This document shows, piece after piece, positions 37,975 to 46,438 of a DNA stretch of 64,000 nucleotides. The stretch lies in the IMG/VR virus record IMGVR_UViG_3300025141_000029, positions 93,734 through 157,733 of that record; one strand, written 5' to 3'. The position numbers and the translations under genes were made by a program. How positions within the stretch are numbered: the stretch's first letter is position 1; each line of letters opens with the position of its first letter. The notes beneath the pieces were generated by a model, which saw nothing but the letters and a program-made list of their open reading frames with translations, made no database searches and was not told the origin of the DNA. The stretch comes from a virus.

Positions 37975-39050
37975 GTTAAATCGCCCTTTAAGTGAATATT
38001 ACAAAAATAATTATAACATGACAAAAGGCCATCTTTAAATCTATATTTGGGTGTATAGCCAGAAATAGATTTTACTTTAGATATATCTGGTTTTCGCCGA
38101 GTGGGCTCATTATCCGGATAGCCATCCGGATGTGGCTGTATTGAATAAGTAGAATCTTCTGGATTTATTATTGTATATGCTCTTTCGGTTATTTCTAAAG
38201 CAGATAATTCTTCATCTTCTGAGCCTACATTATAAATTTGGCCAAACTTATTAGATAATAAAACCTTGAACATATAAACTACAGCATCAGCAACATAACA
38301 ATATGTTCTCGTTTGTTTTCCATCTCCGTATACTGAAAACTCTCTTTTTTCTATCATAGCTTTACAAATATTTGGAATGATTCTACCATCATCAAAATTC
38401 ATAAGAGGGCCGTATAAATTAAATGGCCTTAAAACGTTAACTGGTATTTTATATTTATCATGATAAACATAACATAATGTTTCTAAAATATTTTTTCCAA
38501 TATCATAACAACTTCTGTTTCCGAATGTAGTAACAGAGCCGATATAATCTTCTTTAGTTGGAATATTTTCTGGATCCGGTGTACCATAAACTTCACTCGA
38601 AGAGAACATTAAAACTGATTTTGTATTTCTGATCTTAGCAAATTCAAGTATATTTTTTGTTCCAGTATAGGATACGTCCATTGTTTTAATCGGTACTTTA
38701 AGATATTTTTTTGGAGATGCGATGCCGGCACAATTAATAATATAATCAACTGTTTCTGCCTCTTCGTGGAGGCCCCTCGCTATAAAATCATCTAAAGGAT
38801 TACAAATATCATGATCTTCATAATCTATTGCTATAATTTTAATTAAATCTTCTTTCTCAAATTTAAATTCATTTAAAAAATTTAGAAAATTAGTAATTGT
38901 TTTACCTAAAAATCCTTTTGAGCCGGCTATTAAAACTGTCGATCCCTTGAGAATATTTAAATCGTTTTCCAAATGTTTATATATGTGTATATTATCTTTT
39001 TCTAAAATTCTAATTGTTTTCGTAGATTTCATGGTTATACAATCATCCAT
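37971..39050 (-). CDS. NAD-dependent epimerase/dehydratase, UDP-glucuronate decarboxylase (UDP-xylose synthase)-like
   Basis: AGSKGFLG, AGIASPKKY, SSSEVYG, GNRSCYDIGK, RPFNLYGP, DGRII, YGDGKQTRTYCYVAD, PTRRKPDI. True start may be a few codons downstream. Confidence 0.82.
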   Translation of the reverse strand: MDDCITMKSTKTIRILEKDNIHIYKHLENDLNILKGSTVLIAGSKGFLGKTITNFLNFLNEFKFEKEDLIKIIAIDYEDHDICNPLDDFIARGLHEEAETVDYIINCAGIASPKKYLKVPIKTMDVSYTGTKNILEFAKIRNTKSVLMFSSSEVYGTPDPENIPTKEDYIGSVTTFGNRSCYDIGKNILETLCYVYHDKYKIPVNVLRPFNLYGPLMNFDDGRIIPNICKAMIEKREFSVYGDGKQTRTYCYVADAVVYMFKVLLSNKFGQIYNVGSEDEELSALEITERAYTIINPEDSTYSIQPHPDGYPDNEPTRRKPDISKVKSISGYTPKYRFKDGLLSCYNYFCNIHLKGDLT

Positions 39051-39795
39051 ATATTCTTTTATAATCCAAATTTGCTTGTTCTAGTTTACATTCTTGATAA
39101 TCAATATTCATCCGGTGTTTATCTAGGGCCTCTTGGCTTATATTTTGTTCATCAAACACTCCGCGGCCTGCGTAGTGAATAATATGACTATTAAACCTGT
39201 TTGGGTTGCCATTCCATGGTTCACTAAACATTGTCATATGATTGAAGTGATAGGATAATGGAAATACCTTATAATTATTTTTTTTAATCTGATATCCAAT
39301 ATGTACATCATCCGTCCCGTGATCTGTATAAAAATTTCCATTAATTGGTTGAAATATGTCGCGATGACATTTTGATGTAACAAAAACACCAGTATTGATA
39401 TATCCCGAAGTCCACCCAATTTGTCCAAATAGTTGCTGAGCCTTCACCATCCAGTGTCGGCGGATGGCTGCCCGATTTCCTACATCTTCATAAACTGTCC
39501 CAATGTGGTCGTAAGGAACGTGTTCAAATAAATTTGGACAAGATGGTGTAATAAGTGTATCACCATCAAATTGAATTATTCTGTCATACTCTTCGTGAAG
39601 ATTGTAGTGTTCCATAATCCTAAAATGCCACAAGCCGTCGCCGCAGCCCGAGCGCGCTGCTTCGCAATTTAATGTCTCGTCTAGCAGCATAAAATCTGCA
39701 CCAACTTTTTTTGCATAATCTTTAAATATCGGATGAGTTAAAGCTGCCCAGCCTTTAACTTTGCTGTCTGCTCTGGTTGTTATTAGAAGTTTCAT
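39043..39795 (-). CDS. Glycosyltransferase, GT-A fold (GT8/GT34-like)
   Basis: YAKKVGADF, YDRIIQFDGDTLI (DxD), YINTGVFV, FNHM, IIHYAG. Confidence 0.75.
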   Translation of the reverse strand: MKLLITTRADSKVKGWAALTHPIFKDYAKKVGADFMLLDETLNCEAARSGCGDGLWHFRIMEHYNLHEEYDRIIQFDGDTLITPSCPNLFEHVPYDHIGTVYEDVGNRAAIRRHWMVKAQQLFGQIGWTSGYINTGVFVTSKCHRDIFQPINGNFYTDHGTDDVHIGYQIKKNNYKVFPLSYHFNHMTMFSEPWNGNPNRFNSHIIHYAGRGVFDEQNISQEALDKHRMNIDYQECKLEQANLDYKRIYG

Positions 39796-39837
39796 TTATT
39801 ATTCCTTATTTTGTTTATTATTATAAATATTTTTTTA

Positions 39838-40476
39838 TTATTTAATGTTTTCAAATAGTGGCACTGTTTTTGGACCAAAGGGTCGCGGCTTCTCAATAAC
39901 CGTTACTCTGTGTACCTTGTTTTGTTGAATGAATTCATCAACAATTTTAACATTCTGTTCTCTGCAGAGTTCATCTAAGTTATAAAATCCGGCTGCGAGA
40001 TTCTCACTTATATTATGTCGTAGATCTCTTACTTTATCATCAATGGTAATGATTACTCCACCATCTTTTAGACTAGAAACCATCTTTTTAAAAGTTAGTC
40101 TGGTACCCCAGCTTTCTTGAAGATAGAAAACTCCAAACATAAAGATCACATCAAAATCTTTCTCTTTAAAATTCTGGAACTCTGTCCTAGAGAAGAGGAC
40201 ATTTTTTCGATGGTGATTTTCATTTATATCCCTAAATGCGTCGACGGCATGAATAGATTTTGCCCTTTCACTTAAAAATGATGTATATCTTCCATTTCCA
40301 CATCCTATATCAAGTACTTTACTTTCAGGTGTAAAATATCCTTCTATATGTGGCCATATCTCAGATTGAAATATTTCCATTGTGTTTAATGGATTTAGGG
40401 CTTCAAGGTCATTTTCCTGATATCTTTGTAGGCCCGTGCCTAGGATCGGTATTAAATTAACATTACTCTTATTCAT
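39838..40476 (-). CDS. Class I SAM-dependent methyltransferase
   Basis: KVLDIGCGNGRY, HAVD, FDVIFMFGVFY, LKDGGVIITID. Confidence 0.88.
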   Translation of the reverse strand: MNKSNVNLIPILGTGLQRYQENDLEALNPLNTMEIFQSEIWPHIEGYFTPESKVLDIGCGNGRYTSFLSERAKSIHAVDAFRDINENHHRKNVLFSRTEFQNFKEKDFDVIFMFGVFYLQESWGTRLTFKKMVSSLKDGGVIITIDDKVRDLRHNISENLAAGFYNLDELCREQNVKIVDEFIQQNKVHRVTVIEKPRPFGPKTVPLFENIK

Positions 40477-41086
40477 TCTCGATTACCTCACATTTTTTAT
40501 AAAGTGGCATTGTTCTTAAATCGCGATATGGAGGATTTTCTCCTTGATCTTCATGATAATCCGGAAATACTTGTAACAACGTCAAACCTCTAGCAGCCTG
40601 TTCTGGAGTCATGTACATATTCCATCCGCATATTTCAATATCATCATCAATATGATCCCTGCCTTCATATCTAGCTAGCTTAAACCACTTGGCTGCGTTT
40701 AAATCATCGGTTAAAATCATGCCGCCTTTCCCTATCTTAAGATTTTTTTTAGTTTGGAATGAGATACACATATAAGACCCGGGGATATACATATTGGATG
40801 TAAATCTTTTGGCAGCATCATAAATTGGATAGGGCTCCAGTTGGTATATGCCCTTCCACTCATAATCTCTTAATTTAACAGTGCCGCCGGCGTGGATTAT
40901 AGTTTGAGGCACAGAAAGGTATGTTTTACAGGGGATTGTCACATCTTTGACCTTTAAATATTTGCAGCACATCATTAGTCCATCTGTACAATTATCCACA
41001 GCTATTGCATATTTTGACCCACAGTATTGAGCAATATTCTCTTCAAACATTTCTACGACGTGCCAAGGATTATTCTTTAATTTCAT
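40469..41086 (-). CDS. Short DegT/DnrJ/EryC1/StrS-family aminotransferase (205 aa)
   Basis: FEENIAQYCGSKYAIAVDNCT, TYLSVP, IYDAA, CISFQTKKNL (Lys retained), GGMILTDD, GWNMYM. Start moved to ATG 41086, which gives an ATGA overlap with the upstream gene. Confidence 0.8.
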   Translation of the reverse strand: MKLKNNPWHVVEMFEENIAQYCGSKYAIAVDNCTDGLMMCCKYLKVKDVTIPCKTYLSVPQTIIHAGGTVKLRDYEWKGIYQLEPYPIYDAAKRFTSNMYIPGSYMCISFQTKKNLKIGKGGMILTDDLNAAKWFKLARYEGRDHIDDDIEICGWNMYMTPEQAARGLTLLQVFPDYHEDQGENPPYRDLRTMPLYKKCEVIENE

Positions 41087-41787
41087 GTTCTTTCCGCAAA
41101 AAGTATAATTTGTTCTGGATGATGGAATGGTAGCCTTCCCAACACCTGGCAATTTCCGTAATACTCTGTTAAAACTTCTTCATAAACAGATATCTGGGAT
41201 TTCATATCTCCAATTATTGCATATTTGCATCGGGGAAGGAATTCTTCAAAAATCTTTTCCTGATATTCAACTGGCATTTCCGATATCGACATCCATGCCA
41301 AAAATAAATCATAGTCTTTAATCGCCTTATCCGCTTGCGGAAAGGAGGGGGCCCATCGTACATATGATGGATCCGAAACCTCCGCGGTCTCGCTAGAATA
41401 TAAATCAACTTTCTTATTGTTTTCCTCTAAAAAAACCTTTGTAAATTTTAACATCTCTTCAAATTCAACAATTGAATATTCTGTATCTGGTTCTAATTCT
41501 AAATATTCATTACATAGATTTCCATATGCTGCCCCGAACTCAATTATGCTTTGAGGTGGGGTGGGCAAAAGGTCTGTAATATTTTTGGCGCGCTCATACA
41601 TCTGCTTTGTATTTTCTCTAAGTGGAGATGGCACAAGCATTCTCATAACATTAGAATGTGCAAAATTAAATTCTTCATCTGCCGGAGTTTCGTTTAGGAC
41701 CTTTTTGATAGAAGCCCAAAAACTCTCGTCACAATCAACTCTATAATTTCTTAACAAACTTAAATTTCTTGATTTTCTATTACTCAT
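41083..41787 (-). CDS. Putative sugar O-methyltransferase (NanM-like family)
   Basis: SIIEFGAAYGNLC, YSIVEFEEML, YDLFLAWMSISEMPVEYQEKIF. Confidence 0.7.
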   Translation of the reverse strand: MSNRKSRNLSLLRNYRVDCDESFWASIKKVLNETPADEEFNFAHSNVMRMLVPSPLRENTKQMYERAKNITDLLPTPPQSIIEFGAAYGNLCNEYLELEPDTEYSIVEFEEMLKFTKVFLEENNKKVDLYSSETAEVSDPSYVRWAPSFPQADKAIKDYDLFLAWMSISEMPVEYQEKIFEEFLPRCKYAIIGDMKSQISVYEEVLTEYYGNCQVLGRLPFHHPEQIILFAERT

Positions 41788-41936
41788 TTCCCCACTCTAT
41801 AAATTAAATCACCATCTTTGGAATATATTACCATACTTTTTCTAGATTGTATATAGAATACTTCATCTTTTATTTTATGATAGTGCCACGAACATCTCTT
41901 ATTTTTGACAAATTTAATTTCCAAAGAAGTCTTCAT
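41784..41936 (-). pseudogene. Internally deleted cupin remnant (50-aa mini-ORF)
   Basis: Not in ORF track; MKTSLEIKFVKNKRCSWHYHKIKDEVFYIQSRKSMVIYSKDGDLIYRVGK*. Retains cupin motif 1 (SxHYHxxKDExFYIxS) but lacks the KxWG segment and cupin motif 2. Confidence 0.7.
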
Positions 41937-42234
41937 CTTTCATTCCTTTATCGTCGATATAAATGTCGCCGGCCGGCTTTCCTAATTTAACGCCATGAAA
42001 TTTGACACCCCAGCTTTTTAACTGTCTATCGGTAAAAGTATAAAATTCTGGCCATGCTTTGCTTCCGTCGTTATCATTTCGACCCATACCCCGGGCTGTA
42101 TAAAAAAATATTGTGTGTCCTTCGTCATAAAGTTCATTCACTTTTTTGATTCTTTCTTTAAAAGGGAGGGCCTCTTCATAATTTCCATCTGTTTGAGTAC
42201 AAATTGTGCCATCTATATCAAATACATAAGTCAT
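41914..42234 (-). CDS. Minimal HAD-superfamily phosphatase (EcbF/BcbF capsule-biosynthesis type)
   Basis: FDIDGTIC, YTARGM, QLKSWGVKFH, GKP, YIDDK. Confidence 0.85.
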   Translation of the reverse strand: MTYVFDIDGTICTQTDGNYEEALPFKERIKKVNELYDEGHTIFFYTARGMGRNDNDGSKAWPEFYTFTDRQLKSWGVKFHGVKLGKPAGDIYIDDKGMKDEDFFGN

Positions 42235-42902
42235 TATTTAATCCATTCTTCAAAATCTTTTAAAAAGCCACTTACAGATTCGTCTGTTTTTGGATGTTTC
42301 ATCGATTTTTGAATTATATTATAGCCGGCAGTCACAATATGGGAGCCGGCGCTCCATGCATTCTCTAGATCGTAGCTATTTCTAATGCTTCCTGCTATAA
42401 TTTCACAATTCAAATTATTAGAATCAATAAAATTTCGTACTTTTCTTAAAACTTTAAGTGGGTCTCCATCAGCATCAAAAAGCCTATTATAAAACAAAGA
42501 AACATATCTGGCGCCAGAAAGGGCCGCTAATTCCATTTGGGGAGCTGTAAAACAACAAGTACAATTAACTGGAATTCCTAAATTGGTTAATTCATTAATA
42601 ACTTGTAATTCTTCATAACCAACTGGTATCTTAATATTTAAGCCGCTGTAATTTAATTTTTGTATAATCTCCCTTGCTTGAGAAACCATCTCTTTCGGAT
42701 CTGATGCAAAAACTTCGACGCTTAATGGAGCAACGTTTTTATAATTTTTACAAAGACTTACAATTTTTTTAATATGTTCATAAAAATTTGCTTTTGGCTC
42801 TTTAGCTAGCAAAGAAGGGTTTGTAGTAACACCTTGAATTACTCCTTTGGTCATAGCATCACTAATCTGTTCTAAATTAGCTGTGTCTAAAAATAATTTC
42901 AT
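42234..42902 (-). CDS. tal: Transaldolase (short TalC/FSA-fold type)
   Basis: LFLDTAN, GVTTNPSL, SVEV (Glu), NIKIP (Schiff-base Lys), YVSLF (Phe), IIAGSIR, HPKTD...FLKDF; Glu+Phe pair indicates transaldolase rather than FSA (Gln+Tyr). Confidence 0.9.
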   Translation of the reverse strand: MKLFLDTANLEQISDAMTKGVIQGVTTNPSLLAKEPKANFYEHIKKIVSLCKNYKNVAPLSVEVFASDPKEMVSQAREIIQKLNYSGLNIKIPVGYEELQVINELTNLGIPVNCTCCFTAPQMELAALSGARYVSLFYNRLFDADGDPLKVLRKVRNFIDSNNLNCEIIAGSIRNSYDLENAWSAGSHIVTAGYNIIQKSMKHPKTDESVSGFLKDFEEWIK

Positions 42903-43322
42903 TTAAAAATCCTCTATGTGTTTGTATGTCTTCCCATCTTCAACTATATGTGAATCACCATCATCATCTAAAGTAGAGAATTCGATAATTACTGTGTCTT
43001 CTATGGCAATTCTCATATGCATGAGCCCGGGGGGAATGTGAAATATGTCTCCGGAATTCATTAGGAATGACGTATTCTTTGCCCTTCCTATTCTTGTGCC
43101 TACTTTGAGTATTCCAGATTCAATATAATAAGATTCTTCTTTTTTAACATGATATTCCATACTGCTTTGAGTACCTTTTTTCATAAAAATTCTTTTTACA
43201 GTATATTGATCATTTTCGAAAAGAGTCTTCATGTTTCCCCAATATTTTTTCACCTCTTTAATAGGTCGTGATTTTGGAGGTAACTGTTGACGACCATATC
43301 TTATTTCATCACTTTTGTCCAT
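42903..43322 (-). CDS. Cupin-domain protein (sugar isomerase/epimerase-like)
   Basis: VKKYWG, SSMEYHVKKEESYYIESG, GDIFHIPPGLMHMRIA, IEFST. Confidence 0.8.
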   Translation of the reverse strand: MDKSDEIRYGRQQLPPKSRPIKEVKKYWGNMKTLFENDQYTVKRIFMKKGTQSSMEYHVKKEESYYIESGILKVGTRIGRAKNTSFLMNSGDIFHIPPGLMHMRIAIEDTVIIEFSTLDDDGDSHIVEDGKTYKHIEDF

Positions 43323-43998
43323 AATATTTCTGGCTTCCGTGTTTTCTTAAAAAATGCTTATTTAACAAATTTTCATCGAATTCAACAAGCTTATTATAGC
43401 ATAAGTTTATTGTTTTGTACGCCATTTCAGCAATATTTTCTAACACGACCGCGGTCTTCAACGCATTGTCTAAGCTATCGCCCCATACAAATACGCCATG
43501 AGAAGGCGAAAGCGCTGCAGGCATTTCCCGAGGAGATATATTTTTTTCTTTAAAATATTCTACAATTTTCAAACCAGTGTTTCTTTCATATTCATGCTCT
43601 ATTTCTTGCGGACTTAAATCTCTAACAACAGGTACCTCGCCATAAAAATAATCAGCATGCGTTGTGCCCATACAAGGAATACTTATCTTTGCTTGAGCAA
43701 AAATGGTACAATACTTAGAATGAGTATGGATTATCGCTTTAACTTCTGGAAATGCTTTATACAAAATAAGATGTGTTGGAGTATCAACCGAAGGTTTTAG
43801 GCCGCTTAGATGGATTTCTGTCTTTAAATCGATCTTGGATAACTTTTCCTCTGTTAAGTCGCTAAAAGGTACCCCAGAGGGTTTGATATATATATTATTA
43901 TCGTCGAAGCGACAGCTAGCATTTCCCCATGTAGAGATAACCAATTTTTCTTCTTTTAATCTTTTATTAACTTGAACTAATTTATGTAAATCATTCAT
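43309..43998 (-). CDS. araD: L-ribulose-5-phosphate 4-epimerase (class II aldolase/epimerase)
   Basis: TWGNAS, IKPSGV, KPSVDTPTHL, HTHS, GTTHADYFYG, YERNTG, HGVFVWG, LLNKHFLRKHG..YYGQ. Confidence 0.93.
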   Translation of the reverse strand: MNDLHKLVQVNKRLKEEKLVISTWGNASCRFDDNNIYIKPSGVPFSDLTEEKLSKIDLKTEIHLSGLKPSVDTPTHLILYKAFPEVKAIIHTHSKYCTIFAQAKISIPCMGTTHADYFYGEVPVVRDLSPQEIEHEYERNTGLKIVEYFKEKNISPREMPAALSPSHGVFVWGDSLDNALKTAVVLENIAEMAYKTINLCYNKLVEFDENLLNKHFLRKHGSQKYYGQK

Positions 43999-44756
43999 AT
44001 TTTTCCATTAATATAGTCAGCTGCATATTTATTGGCTTTTTCTGGATTTTCAAAAGATAGAAATGCTGCGTAAAAACAATCGCCGGCACCAATTAGGTTC
44101 TTTGGATTATCAATTGCGTTCGTCGGATATATAATTCCATTAAGTTCGCATCCCTTTTCCCCTTTTGTGATTAATATATTTTCTCTTCGCTTGAACGAAT
44201 CAGCCTCGGCCTCGTTACATATTAGATAATCCATATTCATATATTTCGTAAAATTGGATTGATGGCTTGATATTTGAGAAGCTCCAAAAGTTATCGCTTT
44301 GCTTTCCAAGCTTCTATTAATCATTTTTTGTGAAATTAAACCACAGCGATAATCTGAAAATGCTATTACATCAAAATTATTAAAATCTAAATCAATATCT
44401 AAATTCAAATTTTCTTTATTTGTATCATTAACTTGTAAATATTTATATCTCTCATTTCCGTGTTTCACAAAAAACCTAGATTTAATATTTTCTATATCGC
44501 TACTTAGATTTAAAAACGTCAACTTATTCTTTTTAAGAAATTTATATTCAGAATCTTTAGACATGCTGCTGGCGAATGTTACATCTAAGCCAAAAGAAGC
44601 AGCATATTTGGCTACATTTGAGGCGCCTCCAAAATTTATTTCTTTATCAATATATGAGGTTTTCATTGTTGGAGATTCTAAAGATAACCCAACAGCCTCA
44701 AGATTGAAATTTTTATCGATAATTGTATCGCCGATAATTAAGATTCTTTTTTCCAT
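43995..44756 (-). CDS. PfkB-family sugar kinase, HldE/RfaE kinase-domain-like
   Basis: ILIIGDTIIDK, LSLESP, GGASNVA, FSDYRCG, CNEAEA, ITKGEKG, IGAGDCF. Confidence 0.82.
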   Translation of the reverse strand: MEKRILIIGDTIIDKNFNLEAVGLSLESPTMKTSYIDKEINFGGASNVAKYAASFGLDVTFASSMSKDSEYKFLKKNKLTFLNLSSDIENIKSRFFVKHGNERYKYLQVNDTNKENLNLDIDLDFNNFDVIAFSDYRCGLISQKMINRSLESKAITFGASQISSHQSNFTKYMNMDYLICNEAEADSFKRRENILITKGEKGCELNGIIYPTNAIDNPKNLIGAGDCFYAAFLSFENPEKANKYAADYINGKI

Positions 44757-45607
44757 GAACTCAAACCATAAATTTTCTTAATAGTATTTGTTGTTGAATA
44801 ATTTTCAACAAGAGAATAGATTTTTATTTCGATATCTTCAGATACACTATCTCTTTCGCGAACCTGTTCTTTTGTCCATTCCCCACCTTTAACCAAAATA
44901 TCAGGCATTAAACTTTCTCTTAAATCATGAGGATCAATATCATCAAAAATAATTACCTGATCAACTACATTTAAAGATTCTAAGATTTTTTTCCTATCAT
45001 TTTGATTATTAATTGGACGATTATCGCCTTTTAATTTTTTGACTGACATGTCTGAATTGATACCAATGATCAATTTATTACCCAGGCTTTTAGCAAAATT
45101 TAAAAGTTCAATATGGCCGGTATGAAGAATATCGAAAACACCATTTGTAAAAACAATTTCTTTTTCTTTGTTAGACAATTTTTCAATTCTTTTGACATGT
45201 CGGCCTTGTCCAAATTCTGTTTCAAGCCAAAAATTTAATATTTCTTTTGCTTGAGGATATGGAGTAATCCAACTACCCAAACATAAAATATTCGAATCAT
45301 TATGCTCGCGACATTTTGGCGCCGTAAATTGATTGTGTACCAACGCAGCTCTTATTTTTTCATTTCGATTAGCTGCGATGCTCATGCCGACGCCGGTGCC
45401 ACATATCAAAATACCTTTATGTACATCACCCGAAGCAACAATATGAGATAACTGATTAGCATAATCTACATAATCTACTTTAGTTTTACTTTCGAAGGGC
45501 CCTATATCAATGGTATCAAATCCTTTTTCTTTTAAAAATATATGCAGTTCTTTTTTTAATTCCACGCCATTATGATCTGACGCCAATAGAATTGTTTTAT
45601 TTTTCAT
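44738..45607 (-). CDS. rpiB: Fusion: ribose-5-phosphate isomerase B domain + HldE/RfaE-type nucleotidyltransferase domain
   Basis: N-half ASDHNG, DYVDYA, GILICGTGVGMSIAANR, HNDSNILCLG, F.QGRHVKRIEK; C-half VFTNGVFDILHTGH, GINSDMSVKKLKGDNRPIN, VKGGEW, YSTT. Start taken at ATG 45607. Confidence 0.88.
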   Translation of the reverse strand: MKNKTILLASDHNGVELKKELHIFLKEKGFDTIDIGPFESKTKVDYVDYANQLSHIVASGDVHKGILICGTGVGMSIAANRNEKIRAALVHNQFTAPKCREHNDSNILCLGSWITPYPQAKEILNFWLETEFGQGRHVKRIEKLSNKEKEIVFTNGVFDILHTGHIELLNFAKSLGNKLIIGINSDMSVKKLKGDNRPINNQNDRKKILESLNVVDQVIIFDDIDPHDLRESLMPDILVKGGEWTKEQVRERDSVSEDIEIKIYSLVENYSTTNTIKKIYGLSSWKKES

Positions 45608-46436
45608 TTCTACACCATTCGTCAAACATGTTCAAAGCTTTGTTTTTTTGATCTCGAATTTTTTCTATTAATTCGTTACCCTTTAAATATGAATAATCTT
45701 CGCTAGCAAAACCTAACATATTTGGAGTAGTCACCAAATTACAATTCAGCATTTTAGCTTCTGCGGCGAGACGTGAAAATGTTTCCAGCACTTGTGGAAA
45801 AAATATTAAATTTTCACATTCTGCCAATTGAGCTAAGAAATCATAATAATTATTAGATTTAATTAAGTGAGGCTTAATTTCTCTATGTTGGCAATATTTT
45901 AATGCCCTGTCTAGACCTTTGACTGGATTTTTATTATCTACAACGCCAAATTTATACTTTTTTTCTACACGAGATAAAACAGCTAAATGATCAAGTGTTT
46001 TATCACGCCACAAGCTACATCCAATATTAGATACATTATTAGAAATACTATTCTTTTCTAAAATATCTTTACATATTCTACTAAGAACAATAACCTTCTG
46101 TGCTTTTTTGTAAAATTCTTGATGAATTAGTTGATCAGGAGGGATTTCAAAATCTTTGAATTTAGAAGCATCCCGTGTTCTTACGTATTTGTGATCATGC
46201 TCATATATAAGATATTTTTTATCTGTAAGCCAATCGCGGATCGGGATAGGAAGAGTAACGAAATTTGATACAATATATAAATCTTCTTGTTGTAAAGAAT
46301 CAAGATTAATTTGGGAACATCGATATTTTGTCAAATGATGTTTCTGCAATAAAAAGTCAATTAATACTGCATCATTTAGTTCACCGCCTCCTTGTAGATT
46401 TTCTACAAAAAGATCTCCTAAAAATCCTATCTTCAT
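45597..46436 (-). CDS. Putative glycosyltransferase (GT-B/GT4-like)
   Basis: GGGELND, YEHDHKY, VKG, IFFPQVLETFSRLAAEAKMLNC (Ex7E). Confidence 0.65.
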   Translation of the reverse strand: MKIGFLGDLFVENLQGGGELNDAVLIDFLLQKHHLTKYRCSQINLDSLQQEDLYIVSNFVTLPIPIRDWLTDKKYLIYEHDHKYVRTRDASKFKDFEIPPDQLIHQEFYKKAQKVIVLSRICKDILEKNSISNNVSNIGCSLWRDKTLDHLAVLSRVEKKYKFGVVDNKNPVKGLDRALKYCQHREIKPHLIKSNNYYDFLAQLAECENLIFFPQVLETFSRLAAEAKMLNCNLVTTPNMLGFASEDYSYLKGNELIEKIRDQKNKALNMFDEWCRNEK

Positions 46437-46438
46437 TT

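Noticed and set aside
39822-39829. T4 late promoter TATAAATA
   Set aside because: Lies on the plus strand, antisense to the surrounding genes; its reverse complement fits the other candidate motif instead.
42234-42902. Fructose-6-phosphate aldolase (fsa) assignment
   Set aside because: Has the Glu (SVEV) and Phe (YVSLF) of transaldolases rather than the Gln/Tyr pair of FSA.
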